Below, one piece after another: positions 44,365-53,694 of a stretch of 64,000 nt of DNA (within the stretch, counting starts at the first letter, position 1; every line of letters begins with the position of its first letter). A program made the translations under genes and the position numbers. The stretch lies in sequence record NC_061440.1. One strand, 5' to 3'. Below the pieces are notes generated by a model. The model did no database searches, had not been told where the DNA came from, and was given only the letters and a program-made list of their open reading frames with translations.

Positions 44365-44398
44365 TATTGCTTTACATCAGTGTTCTAGGCAATCAATC

Positions 44399-45499
44399 CT
44401 AGCCTCGAACAGCTTTTGCGACTGAACGCACGTTCGCCAGAGTGAAGGAGAAGGTGCTAGACAGCAACCAGCCGCGGTCGGTGTTACCCTGGTTAGCGCC
44501 AGAGGTCGGAGTAGACTGGGTGCCGCCACGAGTGGTGTACACTGCGTGGTAGTCCTGGTCAGCCAGAACGTACAGTTCGCCGTCCTGCAGAACGCGGTGC
44601 TCTGGAGCACGGAAGCCGTCAGTTACCAGTTCCATACCCAGCAGGGTACCCAGACGACCGGTGGTGATCAGGTCATACTTAGACACTGGGTCCAGAGCAG
44701 AGCTGAACTGATCGTTACCAACGATATCGTTCCAGTAGTCCTGCGCCATCACGGCAGTGCTTACAGGCAGCGGCCAGCTAGACACAGAATTTTTCAGGGT
44801 AGACAGCAGACGCGGAGTCAGGTCACCGTGAACGAAGGTCATCGGGTTAGCAACGCCGACTGCCTGGTCACAAGCACGTTTCCACAGACGGTCTTCTGCA
44901 ACCATGATAGAAGACAGGCCGTCTTGCTGCGCACGGTCCAGCAGGTCGCCGTTGATCTGGTCCAGGTCCATTTTGCTGACGCGGATGTTGGATTTCAGTT
45001 CGAACTCAGCAGGCGTGTATACACGACCGCGGAACTGGTAGTAACCCATGTCAGAAGGACCGGTCGCGATGATTGCTTCCGCCTGGTGAATTTTCAGTTC
45101 GATACGAGCGATATCGCCCTGACGAACGGTAGCGCCTTTACAAACTTTGCGCAGCAGGCCAGCACGTTCAGCACGGTCTTCGATAGATGCAACGATAGAA
45201 GCACCCAGAGAAGCCCACTTCTCACCAGAGCTGTCAGCCACAGCTTCCTGGAACAGTTCGATCTTCTCTTGCTCTGACAGGCCGCCAGCGTTTGCAGAAG
45301 TAGAGTGAACCAGTTCGCCGTTCTGGAATGCGCCCATCAGCTTAGTGATTTGGCCCAGCAGGTCTTTTTGGCTCGATGCGTTGATCTCACCAGTGGAAGA
45401 GGAAAGCGCCAGCTCACCTTTACCACCAAAACGCAGGTCTTCGATAGGCGCGCCATTACGCAGGGTTACTTTAGCGCCGCGCATTAAAGAGTTGTTCAT
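44399..45499 (-). CDS. Major capsid protein (HK97 fold, 366 aa)
   Basis: AGGAG SD and strongly biased codons. FELKSNIRVSKMDL.Q...DLL.RAQ......IM..ED and G.LGTLLG.E...D patterns. Canonical position after protease, scaffold and decoration genes. Confidence 0.8.
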   Translation of the reverse strand: MNNSLMRGAKVTLRNGAPIEDLRFGGKGELALSSSTGEINASSQKDLLGQITKLMGAFQNGELVHSTSANAGGLSEQEKIELFQEAVADSSGEKWASLGASIVASIEDRAERAGLLRKVCKGATVRQGDIARIELKIHQAEAIIATGPSDMGYYQFRGRVYTPAEFELKSNIRVSKMDLDQINGDLLDRAQQDGLSSIMVAEDRLWKRACDQAVGVANPMTFVHGDLTPRLLSTLKNSVSSWPLPVSTAVMAQDYWNDIVGNDQFSSALDPVSKYDLITTGRLGTLLGMELVTDGFRAPEHRVLQDGELYVLADQDYHAVYTTRGGTQSTPTSGANQGNTDRGWLLSSTFSFTLANVRSVAKAVRG

Positions 45500-45561
45500 T
45501 AGTTGCTCCTGAGATTAATCTCGTAAGTTTTCAGATACTAAACAGTCACGGTGCGCGACGA

Positions 45562-46284
45562 TTAAGCGCCGTAAGAGGAAGTGGTTTCGATGATCAGGTA
45601 GCCGCGCTCAGTAGTTGGCGCTTGCTTGATGATCAGACCTTTCAGCTCGGTGCCGTTACCACCGATGGTCAGCAGGCCGTTTGGACCCAGGCTTGGGTGC
45701 AGCACGTTGTCAGCAGACCAGTCAGCAGTCGGGTCAAACATAGAGGTAGCAACGTTACCCAGTTTGATGTACGCGATGCGGCCTTCAACGTTAGACGGCA
45801 GACCACCGATAGGAGCATCAGCAGTGTAAGAACGCGCTTCGGTCACGGTCAGTTCGTAAGCATACTGGATGCGAACTTTCTTACCAATGTCGTCAGCGTG
45901 GAAGTACAGGTCAGCACCCTGAACACCGACTTTACCTTCGGCAGTAGGAGCAGCGTTAGCTTCCTGATCTGCTTTAGTACCGTCGATTTTAACCAGCAGT
46001 GCGCCAGCGTTAGGAACGCGGGATGCAGTGAACTTTTTGGTAGCGTCGATAACGAACTCTTCCACACGGTTCATGTTCGCAGGCGGCATAGAGCGAGCCA
46101 GAGCGAAACCGGCGAATACTTCGTCAGCAGCACCAGTAGACAGACGCAGGAAGGAGTGACCGCCTTCGCGAGTCCAAACCAGTGCGACGCCTTCTTCGTG
46201 GATTACTTCACCCGGCAGCAGATCAGCTTCCTGGGTCTGTACGATTGCGGTAGCGTTTTGAAACAACATAATCAAATTCTCCAA
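45562..46284 (-). CDS. Capsid decoration / head structural protein (240 aa)
   Basis: Highly biased codons, immediately upstream of the MCP, beta-rich sequence. Confidence 0.6.
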   Translation of the reverse strand: MENLIMLFQNATAIVQTQEADLLPGEVIHEEGVALVWTREGGHSFLRLSTGAADEVFAGFALARSMPPANMNRVEEFVIDATKKFTASRVPNAGALLVKIDGTKADQEANAAPTAEGKVGVQGADLYFHADDIGKKVRIQYAYELTVTEARSYTADAPIGGLPSNVEGRIAYIKLGNVATSMFDPTADWSADNVLHPSLGPNGLLTIGGNGTELKGLIIKQAPTTERGYLIIETTSSYGA

Positions 46285-46320
46285 TAAGAGATTGCGAGAT
46301 TAAACTACTGTCTGCCCGTA

Positions 46321-48354
46321 TTAGCGCAGACGAGCAAGTTTATCAGCGAAGGATGAGCCAGTGGAAGCTGAACTCTGGGAAGAAACAGACTCGAGGTCCT
46401 GATTCAACAGGTCAGCAGCAGTCTGTTGTTTGACTGGTGCAGTGGTAACCTGCTGTTGAACAACTGCCTGGCGGTCGGCACTAACAGTACCAGCAGCGGC
46501 GTCGATCGATTCAGAAATTTCGTTCTGGGCTACTTCTGACTTGCTCATCAGGTCCATCGCTTTTGACAGCGAAGCCGCGAGGAAGTCTTTACCGTGAGCG
46601 ATAAACGCACGTTCAATCAGAGCGCGTGGCTCTTTGAGACCGGCAGCAGTCAGAGAACTCGCCAGAGACTCAACGATTGGGTTACGCACATCACCCCAGA
46701 AGTTTTTGGTAACACCCAGCTGTGCAGCAGACAGCGCAGCGACCAGACGATCAGCGTGAGCTGAGGTAGCTTCTTCGATAGTCGCAGTGACGTTCGAGGT
46801 TGCTTCGTTGATACGCGCGTCGGATTCAGCCACCAGCAGTTTGTCTACCGGCATTTCGAACTGATACGGCATAAAGCCGAACGATTCACAAGTACCAGCA
46901 ACACCAGTCTGATTCAGAGAGTGTGATACGGCACGGATGAAATTATCAGTATCGAAAGATTTAACCGCATTTTCTTCGCCGACTGCATTAGATACAGAAG
47001 CGAGAGTAGCGCGGGCCAGAGGTTCGCCATCGTAGTACATGTGAACAGTGTTCACTTTACCAGCAGCGCGGCTCAGGCTAACGAGTGACGGGTCCAGCGT
47101 GCCGTGGTTGGCTTGCGCAGTGGACAGACTGTCGAAGGTGCGGCTGACGGCCTTACTTTCAGAATCGAAATCGTCTTCGTCATCGAGGTCGAGATCATCT
47201 TCTTCCAGTTCTTCGTCGTCGAGGTCTTCATCTTCGTCGTCATCGCTAGATGATTCGGAATCGAAGTCTTCATCGTCGAGGTCTTCGTCATCCAGATCTT
47301 CGTCGTCGAGGTCTTCCTCATCGAGGTCGTCTTCGTCGAAATCTTCGTCGTCTTCCTCGTCGTCGTCAGAGCTGGATTCAGAATCGAAGTCGTCTTCGTC
47401 TTCTTCCAGGTCTTCGTCATCCAGATCATCTTCATCCAGATCTTCGTCGTCGAGGTCGTCTTCGTCGTCGATATCATCTTCATCATCGTTAGAAGATTCG
47501 GAGTCGATATCGTCTTCGTCCAGATCGTCATCTTCATCGTCAAGGTCATCTTCCTCAACAATGTCGATATCGCTGTCGTCGCCAGATTGAGATTCAATCG
47601 GCTCATCAACCAGCGCGGCAGAACAGTGGGCGCAGAACACTGGCTCTTCATCGGAAGATACAGTGAATGGCTGGTCGCAGTTAGCAGAGCAGCTATAGAT
47701 ATGCGCTTCAACTTCATCGCCAGCAGAAGACAGAGCAGCGATTGCTTCTGGAGCTTCTTGCGGGTCACAGGAAGTAACTTCCTGGCCGGTGTACGGGTCG
47801 AAGTTTGCGGCAGTAGCAGCGTTAAAGCTACCAGTACCAGACACAGCGGTAAACGTGTGTGCGTTGCTCAGTGCCAGTGCGAAGTTGCGTTGTGCAGCTT
47901 CGGCAGTCTCGCCGGTAGCAACCAGACCAACGTGTTCAACCTGTTCGTCAGCAGAAGCTGATTCGGCCAGGAATTGAGTAACGCGTTCGTCAGTGATTTC
48001 GGACAGGTCAGCAGAGCACGATGGGCAGCAGCCCTGAACCAGAGCAGAGCTATCAGAGATAACGTGGCTACCACAACCATCAAGACAGATGGTGTAATGC
48101 GCTTTCACGTCACCAGCAGAAGACTGCGACTGGACTTCGGCTTTCTCAACCAAATCAGGATGCTCTACCAGCAGTTCTTCACCGCCGTTAGGATTGTAAA
48201 GGTCCGCGCCGCTCTGCGAAGCAAAGCCCACACCGGCAGAGTTCCCGAAAATCATCAGGTTCTGACCGAGTGCAGTACGGCGAAAGTTCTCTACTGCCTG
48301 ATTATGGTTTTGACCGACACACAGGATACCCGCGAGTTGGGTAATCTTTGGCAT
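46321..48354 (-). CDS. Prohead scaffold/core-like protein with two Zn-ribbon-like motifs and a ~140-aa acidic tract
   Basis: Probable start MPKITQL after GAGG. Contains C.xxC...CPSC and C.xxC...CAHC pairs and a D/E tract punctuated by (F/I)DSES. Confidence 0.65.
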   Translation of the reverse strand: MPKITQLAGILCVGQNHNQAVENFRRTALGQNLMIFGNSAGVGFASQSGADLYNPNGGEELLVEHPDLVEKAEVQSQSSAGDVKAHYTICLDGCGSHVISDSSALVQGCCPSCSADLSEITDERVTQFLAESASADEQVEHVGLVATGETAEAAQRNFALALSNAHTFTAVSGTGSFNAATAANFDPYTGQEVTSCDPQEAPEAIAALSSAGDEVEAHIYSCSANCDQPFTVSSDEEPVFCAHCSAALVDEPIESQSGDDSDIDIVEEDDLDDEDDDLDEDDIDSESSNDDEDDIDDEDDLDDEDLDEDDLDDEDLEEDEDDFDSESSSDDDEEDDEDFDEDDLDEEDLDDEDLDDEDLDDEDFDSESSSDDDEDEDLDDEELEEDDLDLDDEDDFDSESKAVSRTFDSLSTAQANHGTLDPSLVSLSRAAGKVNTVHMYYDGEPLARATLASVSNAVGEENAVKSFDTDNFIRAVSHSLNQTGVAGTCESFGFMPYQFEMPVDKLLVAESDARINEATSNVTATIEEATSAHADRLVAALSAAQLGVTKNFWGDVRNPIVESLASSLTAAGLKEPRALIERAFIAHGKDFLAASLSKAMDLMSKSEVAQNEISESIDAAAGTVSADRQAVVQQQVTTAPVKQQTAADLLNQDLESVSSQSSASTGSSFADKLARLR

Positions 48355-48398
48355 GGTTAAAACCCTCATAAATTTTTAGTCGTTGAATCGACAGGTTA

Positions 48399-48406
48399 AA
48401 ATTAAC
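48399..48406 (-). promoter_or_regulatory. GTTAATTT variant of the candidate late promoter
   Basis: Intergenic, 45 nt upstream of the scaffold-like gene. Confidence 0.45.
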
Positions 48407-48431
48407 GATTGCAGAAAAAATTCAGGTATTT

Positions 48432-49565
48432 TTAAACTTTTCTGCTATCAATGTCAGCTTGCGGAATATAGCGATTTTCGAAGTATTTATTGACCACTTC
48501 TACTCCGTTTAACGTATAAACGTTACGCATACTATCACCCCAAACCATTAGCTCTGCGAGGGTCGCAAAGTGTTCTGCGGGCACTGTATTTATGGTACGT
48601 GCGTTCAAGCTATCTGGATGGATTTTCTTTCCTCGGATAGCCTGATCGAACTTCATACGGTCAACATTTCGTATCATCGTATGGTCAACAAAGTGCGCCA
48701 ATTCGTGGGTCATTGCATGGCCGAATGAACGGCTATTATAACCCCCGAACAAGTCCACCAACTGCTTTGGACTCATTGAAATTACACCATACAGGAATCC
48801 TGACACGGTATAAGTAGCAATATGTGACCCACCAACATCGTTACCATGTTTAACGATACCCACATATAGGCGTTTAAACGGCAGAGGCACATTAAGACCT
48901 ATGCCAGGCATGACGTTATCCTGAATGTCTTTGAGTACATAGTCAGGAGGACTCACACCTTCCAGCAGGATTTTCTTGCCACCTATACGCAGTTCGTCAG
49001 CACCCAATACTTCAAGATGCACATTGCCACAACGTGGTATCTTCTGGACTGCGTAGTTATTTGGCGTACCACCAGGATAGTTGGCATTTGCATACACCAA
49101 GGCTTTCATATCACCGAACTGCGGCATGTCCATTAGACGACGCTGTTTGGCTTTGAGCGACTCTGGCGTATCTACACCGAACTGATCAAGAGGACCATCG
49201 GCTGGTGTATTTTGTTCGGGCGCTGGAGCTTCTACTTGCTGGGGTTTCGCTTTGACAGGCACGGGCTTCGGCTTGGGTGCAGCAGCTTTCTGCTTTTCCT
49301 CGTAAGGAACGAAGTCGAATCCAGGCTTGAAGAGGGCGTCAGGCTTAGCCGTGAATGGGCGACTCTGCGATACTACGCGGTCACCGTCTTCTCCACTGAT
49401 TGCATAAGCCATGTCGTATTTAGGGTGGGCTATGTAGTACAGGTCGTCACTCACTTTGACCAGACCTACAACCTCACGTGTATGCAGATGCACACCGTTT
49501 GAGATCATAGCGTCTGGTCCAAGATAACGATAGTACGAATAGTCTGCTATGGACATATCGGACAT
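48432..49565 (-). CDS. Zincin metallopeptidase with N-terminal SH3-like paralogous domain
   Basis: HAMTHELAHFVDH (HExxH) plus a downstream PAEHFATLAE third-ligand motif. Probable start at the TAATG overlap (49565). Confidence 0.75.
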   Translation of the reverse strand: MSDMSIADYSYYRYLGPDAMISNGVHLHTREVVGLVKVSDDLYYIAHPKYDMAYAISGEDGDRVVSQSRPFTAKPDALFKPGFDFVPYEEKQKAAAPKPKPVPVKAKPQQVEAPAPEQNTPADGPLDQFGVDTPESLKAKQRRLMDMPQFGDMKALVYANANYPGGTPNNYAVQKIPRCGNVHLEVLGADELRIGGKKILLEGVSPPDYVLKDIQDNVMPGIGLNVPLPFKRLYVGIVKHGNDVGGSHIATYTVSGFLYGVISMSPKQLVDLFGGYNSRSFGHAMTHELAHFVDHTMIRNVDRMKFDQAIRGKKIHPDSLNARTINTVPAEHFATLAELMVWGDSMRNVYTLNGVEVVNKYFENRYIPQADIDSRKV

Positions 49566-50344
49566 TAAGCCATCCGCAGCAGATGTTCTTTGTACGTTGC
49601 AGCACACGCAAATGCTGGATCATCGACCGAGCTACATTCGAAGCCAGTCAACATCTTGCAATCACGATACACCAGACGGCCTGTACGACCATCGAGGTAT
49701 GTAGGCTTATTGAATGCCGTGTGCGAACAGAAGTTACGATGACGCGGTGTAACCAACTGACCACAGATACTGCACTTATATGCCTTGTACGTTGTGCCTT
49801 TAGAGTACGTGTTAAGCTCGCCACTCAGAATACGGTCACAACGCTCCTTGCAGCGTGTACGGTCAAACGCCAGCAGCAGAGTAAGACGCGCATGGTTGCC
49901 ACGGAAGTTTTGCAGCTTCGACAGGTTCGAGTCAAAGATCATGCCCATTGCCTGGCGGTAATCTTTATTGTTGTGCTCGATGAACGTCGGCTTACCAATG
50001 AACGTCTGATATGCAAGACGGCCTTGGTCTGGATTGAATGTCAGCCATTCTTGAAGTGAGAACGCATCACCGTTAGTGTTCGGCAGTTCAGTGATATTCA
50101 CAGGAACAGGCACGATGATATAGTCACGAATATCTCGCGAGGTGTTGTACTGCTCGGCCGCTTTAGGCAGCCACACGTTCACGTCAAGATTAAACGAGCC
50201 TGATTGAATGCCGAAACGCGACGCATCTACACGAATGGATTTAGCATCACGGCTAACATCTTCTTTGTGCATATCAATCGCGTTTAGACCAACAAGGCCC
50301 ATATCCGAGGTATCAAAAGACTCGGAGCGAATGGACTGGTCCAT
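49565..50344 (-). CDS. Prohead maturation protease (HK97/assemblin-like, 259 aa)
   Basis: PN.NGDAF, TF.GKP...EHN, MG.I.D, YS.G, CSICG...CSH, FECSSV.DPAF. Confidence 0.8.
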   Translation of the reverse strand: MDQSIRSESFDTSDMGLVGLNAIDMHKEDVSRDAKSIRVDASRFGIQSGSFNLDVNVWLPKAAEQYNTSRDIRDYIIVPVPVNITELPNTNGDAFSLQEWLTFNPDQGRLAYQTFIGKPTFIEHNNKDYRQAMGMIFDSNLSKLQNFRGNHARLTLLLAFDRTRCKERCDRILSGELNTYSKGTTYKAYKCSICGQLVTPRHRNFCSHTAFNKPTYLDGRTGRLVYRDCKMLTGFECSSVDDPAFACAATYKEHLLRMA

Positions 50345-50354
50345 CGTGTTCTCC

Positions 50355-50777
50355 CTATTGGAAATTGTTGATGTTATCGGCGCTTGCGTTAGCCAAACGA
50401 ACGCAACCCTCTTCGACTTGGAAGCCGTTGAGTCCGTCCATAGTGCTTAGCCAGTAGCGCAGCCGTCCATCTGAAATTACTGCGTTTTCAACATACGCAG
50501 GAACTTCTTTGCCTGAATCTTTGAACGTGGCAATGACTTCAACGCCAGGGTAGAACACGTCGAATGACTTCGTACTGAATATCGGTTTAACGATATCGGC
50601 CTCGGTCACTGGGTGCATTGCGTAGCGACTCTGAATCATGTACAGAGCCTCAGTTGCTCCGATAAGAATCGAGTTGATTGTGCCACGCAACTGACAACGT
50701 TCAGTGCCATCTAAATTGCGCCCGTGATAGAACGTCACGATATCGCCGATGTTATAATCAAAAGAGAACTGGGCCAT
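50355..50777 (-). CDS. Hypothetical protein with two SH3/KOW-like halves
   Basis: Probable start MAQFSFDYNIGDIV. The second half FYPG.EV..T...G...PAYV repeats the pattern. Confidence 0.6.
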   Translation of the reverse strand: MAQFSFDYNIGDIVTFYHGRNLDGTERCQLRGTINSILIGATEALYMIQSRYAMHPVTEADIVKPIFSTKSFDVFYPGVEVIATFKDSGKEVPAYVENAVISDGRLRYWLSTMDGLNGFQVEEGCVRLANASADNINNFQ

Positions 50778-50778
50778 G

Positions 50779-51654
50779 TTAACCTCGCAGCGCACCACGT
50801 GCCCAAGACTTGGCAAGAGCCAGAGTCATACGGCTTGGGTTTTGCAGTTTGACTTCACCTTTATGTACGGCAGTGAATGGCTCATGAGCGTTCTCACCAC
50901 GGCCTGAACGATATGCAGCTTCATTGAAACCGTCGAATAGCGTTACAACCCAGCCCGTGGACTTATCAGAACATTCACCACACGCTTTGTCCCAGCTAAT
51001 CTTACCGCAAGTACGGCCACCAGCATTCACGGCATAACTTACTTGCTCGGTACCTTTATACAGGTCCTGAGATTTCAGCGCCTTGAATGTCACACGAGTA
51101 GAAGATTCGGAGCGTGGCATCATCTTCTCTTTCAGCGCCTCAATGTCCAGAGAACTCCAGAACGATTCAAACAGCGCAGCGAACTTCTGCTCAATAGGCA
51201 GGTCGATTGTGTTGATCTGTGCGATAGTGCTGGAGCTGTCGTTCAGCACACGGTTAAGGAAATAGCCGCCAAGAATTACAGGCATCTGGGTGCCTTGTGT
51301 GCCAGCCGTAAGGCCAGCACGTTTGGCGTACATATCACACATGCCGATAGCAAGACGCGCCAACGTCATGAACGTCTGCTTCTCGGTACTGTTAGCGATC
51401 TCCGTGTAGATACGCGCAGCGATTGCAGGCACTACAGTGCGTTTCGCCACGCTTAGGATATCTTCTGGAGAGATGGCCTGACCGAGTTTCTTCTTGGCAG
51501 CCAGCTCGAAAGCATTAATCAGGCTTGCTTTGTTCGCTGGTGTCAGAGACTCGCTCAACTTGATAGTCGTCTGCTCGGAGCTGTTCACCAGACTCGGCTG
51601 CGGTGCTACCTTCAGTCTGCGGACTCCCGTCGTGTTCAATCGAGCTACTGTCAT
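50779..51654 (-). CDS. Hypothetical protein (291 aa)
   Basis: AGGA SD. Start overlaps the 3' end of the glycosyltransferase gene by 140 nt. Confidence 0.7.
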   Translation of the reverse strand: MTVARLNTTGVRRLKVAPQPSLVNSSEQTTIKLSESLTPANKASLINAFELAAKKKLGQAISPEDILSVAKRTVVPAIAARIYTEIANSTEKQTFMTLARLAIGMCDMYAKRAGLTAGTQGTQMPVILGGYFLNRVLNDSSSTIAQINTIDLPIEQKFAALFESFWSSLDIEALKEKMMPRSESSTRVTFKALKSQDLYKGTEQVSYAVNAGGRTCGKISWDKACGECSDKSTGWVVTLFDGFNEAAYRSGRGENAHEPFTAVHKGEVKLQNPSRMTLALAKSWARGALRG

Positions 51655-52759
51655 TTGTTTCTTCCTGAGTAGGAGCCTGTAGATATTGCAGCAGGCCAGA
51701 GTTCATGATCTCCTCATTCACATCCTGACCACGAAGCGTAGCGAGATGTGCGAGGTAATTGAGTGCGGGTTCGACCATACCCAGATTGCGACAGCCCCAA
51801 TAGGCTATGTCATAACACAGGTCTAAATTAATAGCGGTCTGATCGAACAGGAAACCTTTTGGATTCTGCTTGGTTGCTTCGATACCTTGAACAGCCATAC
51901 CGATAGCATTGATGTTATCGCCGTGTCGGTAGAAGATATCGGCCAGCATCGAATACGCTTCAATGCGGTCAGGACGGAATGCTATGGCGCGATAACACGC
52001 ACACACCGCTTCCTGAGTGAAGCCCTGTTTGTACGTGGCTTTCGCTAGTTCGATGTTGGCGATTGTAACGTAATCCGCCCACTTAGCAATGCCAGCAAGA
52101 CGATCTACTTCACGCCGTGCATCTTCGAGCAAATCAGGACGTTCGTAATACGCAACGGCATAGCAGAGTTCACGCGCATAGTAGAAACTGCAACGGTCAT
52201 CATGCGGATAGTCACCAACATCAAGTCCAAGCTCTAGCAGATAGTTACGGCCTTTGCTGTGGTCTGGATAGTGATCGGTGGCGAACGGAGCTTCAACCGT
52301 TCTGAGTTGCTGTCCAGGCTTGCGCGAGGTCAGCACTTCATGCGCACGATATTTCCAGAAGTAAGAACGACGGCGGTAGGCCTTCATCTGACTGTAGTGG
52401 CTGTCACCATTGCGCATCAGAATCCAAACAGCTTCTGCCTTCTTAATGCCTTGCATTGTGCGCAGCTTCTCAACCCAATCAGGGTCATCAAAACGCTCAT
52501 CAATATCAAGCCACACTACAAGGTCATCTTCGGAGAATGGCGTAGCGGCCAGTTCACGACTTGCACCAAGGTTACGCTCTTGACTAACATCAAACGTGTG
52601 GTAGATGTTAGGGTGCGTGAACGCCGAGATGATGTTTGTGGTTTGGTCTTCGCTGCCTGTATCGACAATGCTAATCGCATCAGCCTTGGCTACGTGCTTC
52701 AACCACTCACTCATATTCTTTTCTTCATTGCGACAGATAGCCGCTACGCAAATTCTCAT
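51515..52759 (-). CDS. Glycosyltransferase family 2 with TPR-like C-terminal repeats (414 aa)
   Basis: RICVAAICRNEE, IVDTGSED.T, RN...SR..A, WLDIDE (DxD), W.YRAHE, HYPD..K.R.YL.L, then helical R..FYYAREL...R.EAY..LA repeats. Confidence 0.88.
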   Translation of the reverse strand: MRICVAAICRNEEKNMSEWLKHVAKADAISIVDTGSEDQTTNIISAFTHPNIYHTFDVSQERNLGASRELAATPFSEDDLVVWLDIDERFDDPDWVEKLRTMQGIKKAEAVWILMRNGDSHYSQMKAYRRRSYFWKYRAHEVLTSRKPGQQLRTVEAPFATDHYPDHSKGRNYLLELGLDVGDYPHDDRCSFYYARELCYAVAYYERPDLLEDARREVDRLAGIAKWADYVTIANIELAKATYKQGFTQEAVCACYRAIAFRPDRIEAYSMLADIFYRHGDNINAIGMAVQGIEATKQNPKGFLFDQTAINLDLCYDIAYWGCRNLGMVEPALNYLAHLATLRGQDVNEEIMNSGLLQYLQAPTQEETNDSSSIEHDGSPQTEGSTAAESGEQLRADDYQVERVSDTSEQSKPD

Positions 52760-52774
52760 ACATGCCTCATTGGG

Positions 52775-53692
52775 TTATACTAAAACGTTACCACTATCCC
52801 ACCAGCGCTTACCGTAGATATCAGACACACGGTATTCGAGGATGAGAGGTTGGTCCAGGTCGACTTGTGTTATGTATCGCTGTAGAGAAGGACTCCACAC
52901 TGTTTTCTCCTCAGTGTAAAGCCGTATCTCCAGCTCAACGTCGCCTTGAGAGTTCTTCGGTACGAACGGATGAGAATAGTCCCCATCGAAACCCGCACCA
53001 AGAGAGTCGTCGAAGTAAGTGAATGCGCGAACTTCTTCACCAGTGTTGATGATCGTGGGTGCATACACTTGACGGTTATAATACGCAGTATAGTCGGCAA
53101 CAGTTGTCTGCCAAACTGTACGGCGCTTATAGATACGCGTCACGCCTTTGCTGTCTGTCTCCGCACGATATTGGTTGTAGTACCAAGTTATCTGTGCGAA
53201 CTTAACAGGCTTCAACGGTGTTTGACCAGACGCATATTTCATGAACGGCTTCGCAGTGAAACGGTGATATGTCTTCTGCGTGTTCAAGCGATAAAGCAGA
53301 ACCTGATACGTGTACCACTGATAAACATCGAGGGTAATCGTACCTGAGTCTGATTGCTGCGTACCGTTAGTCAGGATGTATGCGAAACAGTCCGTACCAA
53401 CGTAGCCGCTGCGTGGGTTATAGAGGAACGCATCGCTAAAGTTGTTCAGTTGCACCGTGCCTACCATCGGGTCATTGACCTTGATCGCAGAAAGGCGCCA
53501 ACCCCTTTGAGCTGGCACCTTATCAAGCACACCCTCAGTCGGGCTATGCAACGTCACTTCATCACGAGCGCCTTGTAAGATCTTTTCGAGCGGTAACTCG
53601 GTCTTACCCGAGTTACGCACTCGCACCGTAAGGTTCGGAGCTAATGGTTTGTAATTGCGCCAATAGTCGAACGTACAAGGCAAAGAGAGCAT
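52775..53692 (-). CDS. Ig-like (Big_9/cadherin-like) domain virion protein (305 aa)
   Basis: P..GTV.L...AFLYNPRSGYVGTD.F.Y.LT.G...S..GTITL.V. Confidence 0.65.
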   Translation of the reverse strand: MLSLPCTFDYWRNYKPLAPNLTVRVRNSGKTELPLEKILQGARDEVTLHSPTEGVLDKVPAQRGWRLSAIKVNDPMVGTVQLNNFSDAFLYNPRSGYVGTDCFAYILTNGTQQSDSGTITLDVYQWYTYQVLLYRLNTQKTYHRFTAKPFMKYASGQTPLKPVKFAQITWYYNQYRAETDSKGVTRIYKRRTVWQTTVADYTAYYNRQVYAPTIINTGEEVRAFTYFDDSLGAGFDGDYSHPFVPKNSQGDVELEIRLYTEEKTVWSPSLQRYITQVDLDQPLILEYRVSDIYGKRWWDSGNVLV

Positions 53693-53694
53693 AG

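Noticed and set aside
47048-47590. Ser-rich ORFs (also 55887-56669, 43005-43304) and alternative-frame Lys/Thr/Met-rich ORFs
   Set aside because: They are by-products of GAY/GAR codon runs in the acidic tracts.
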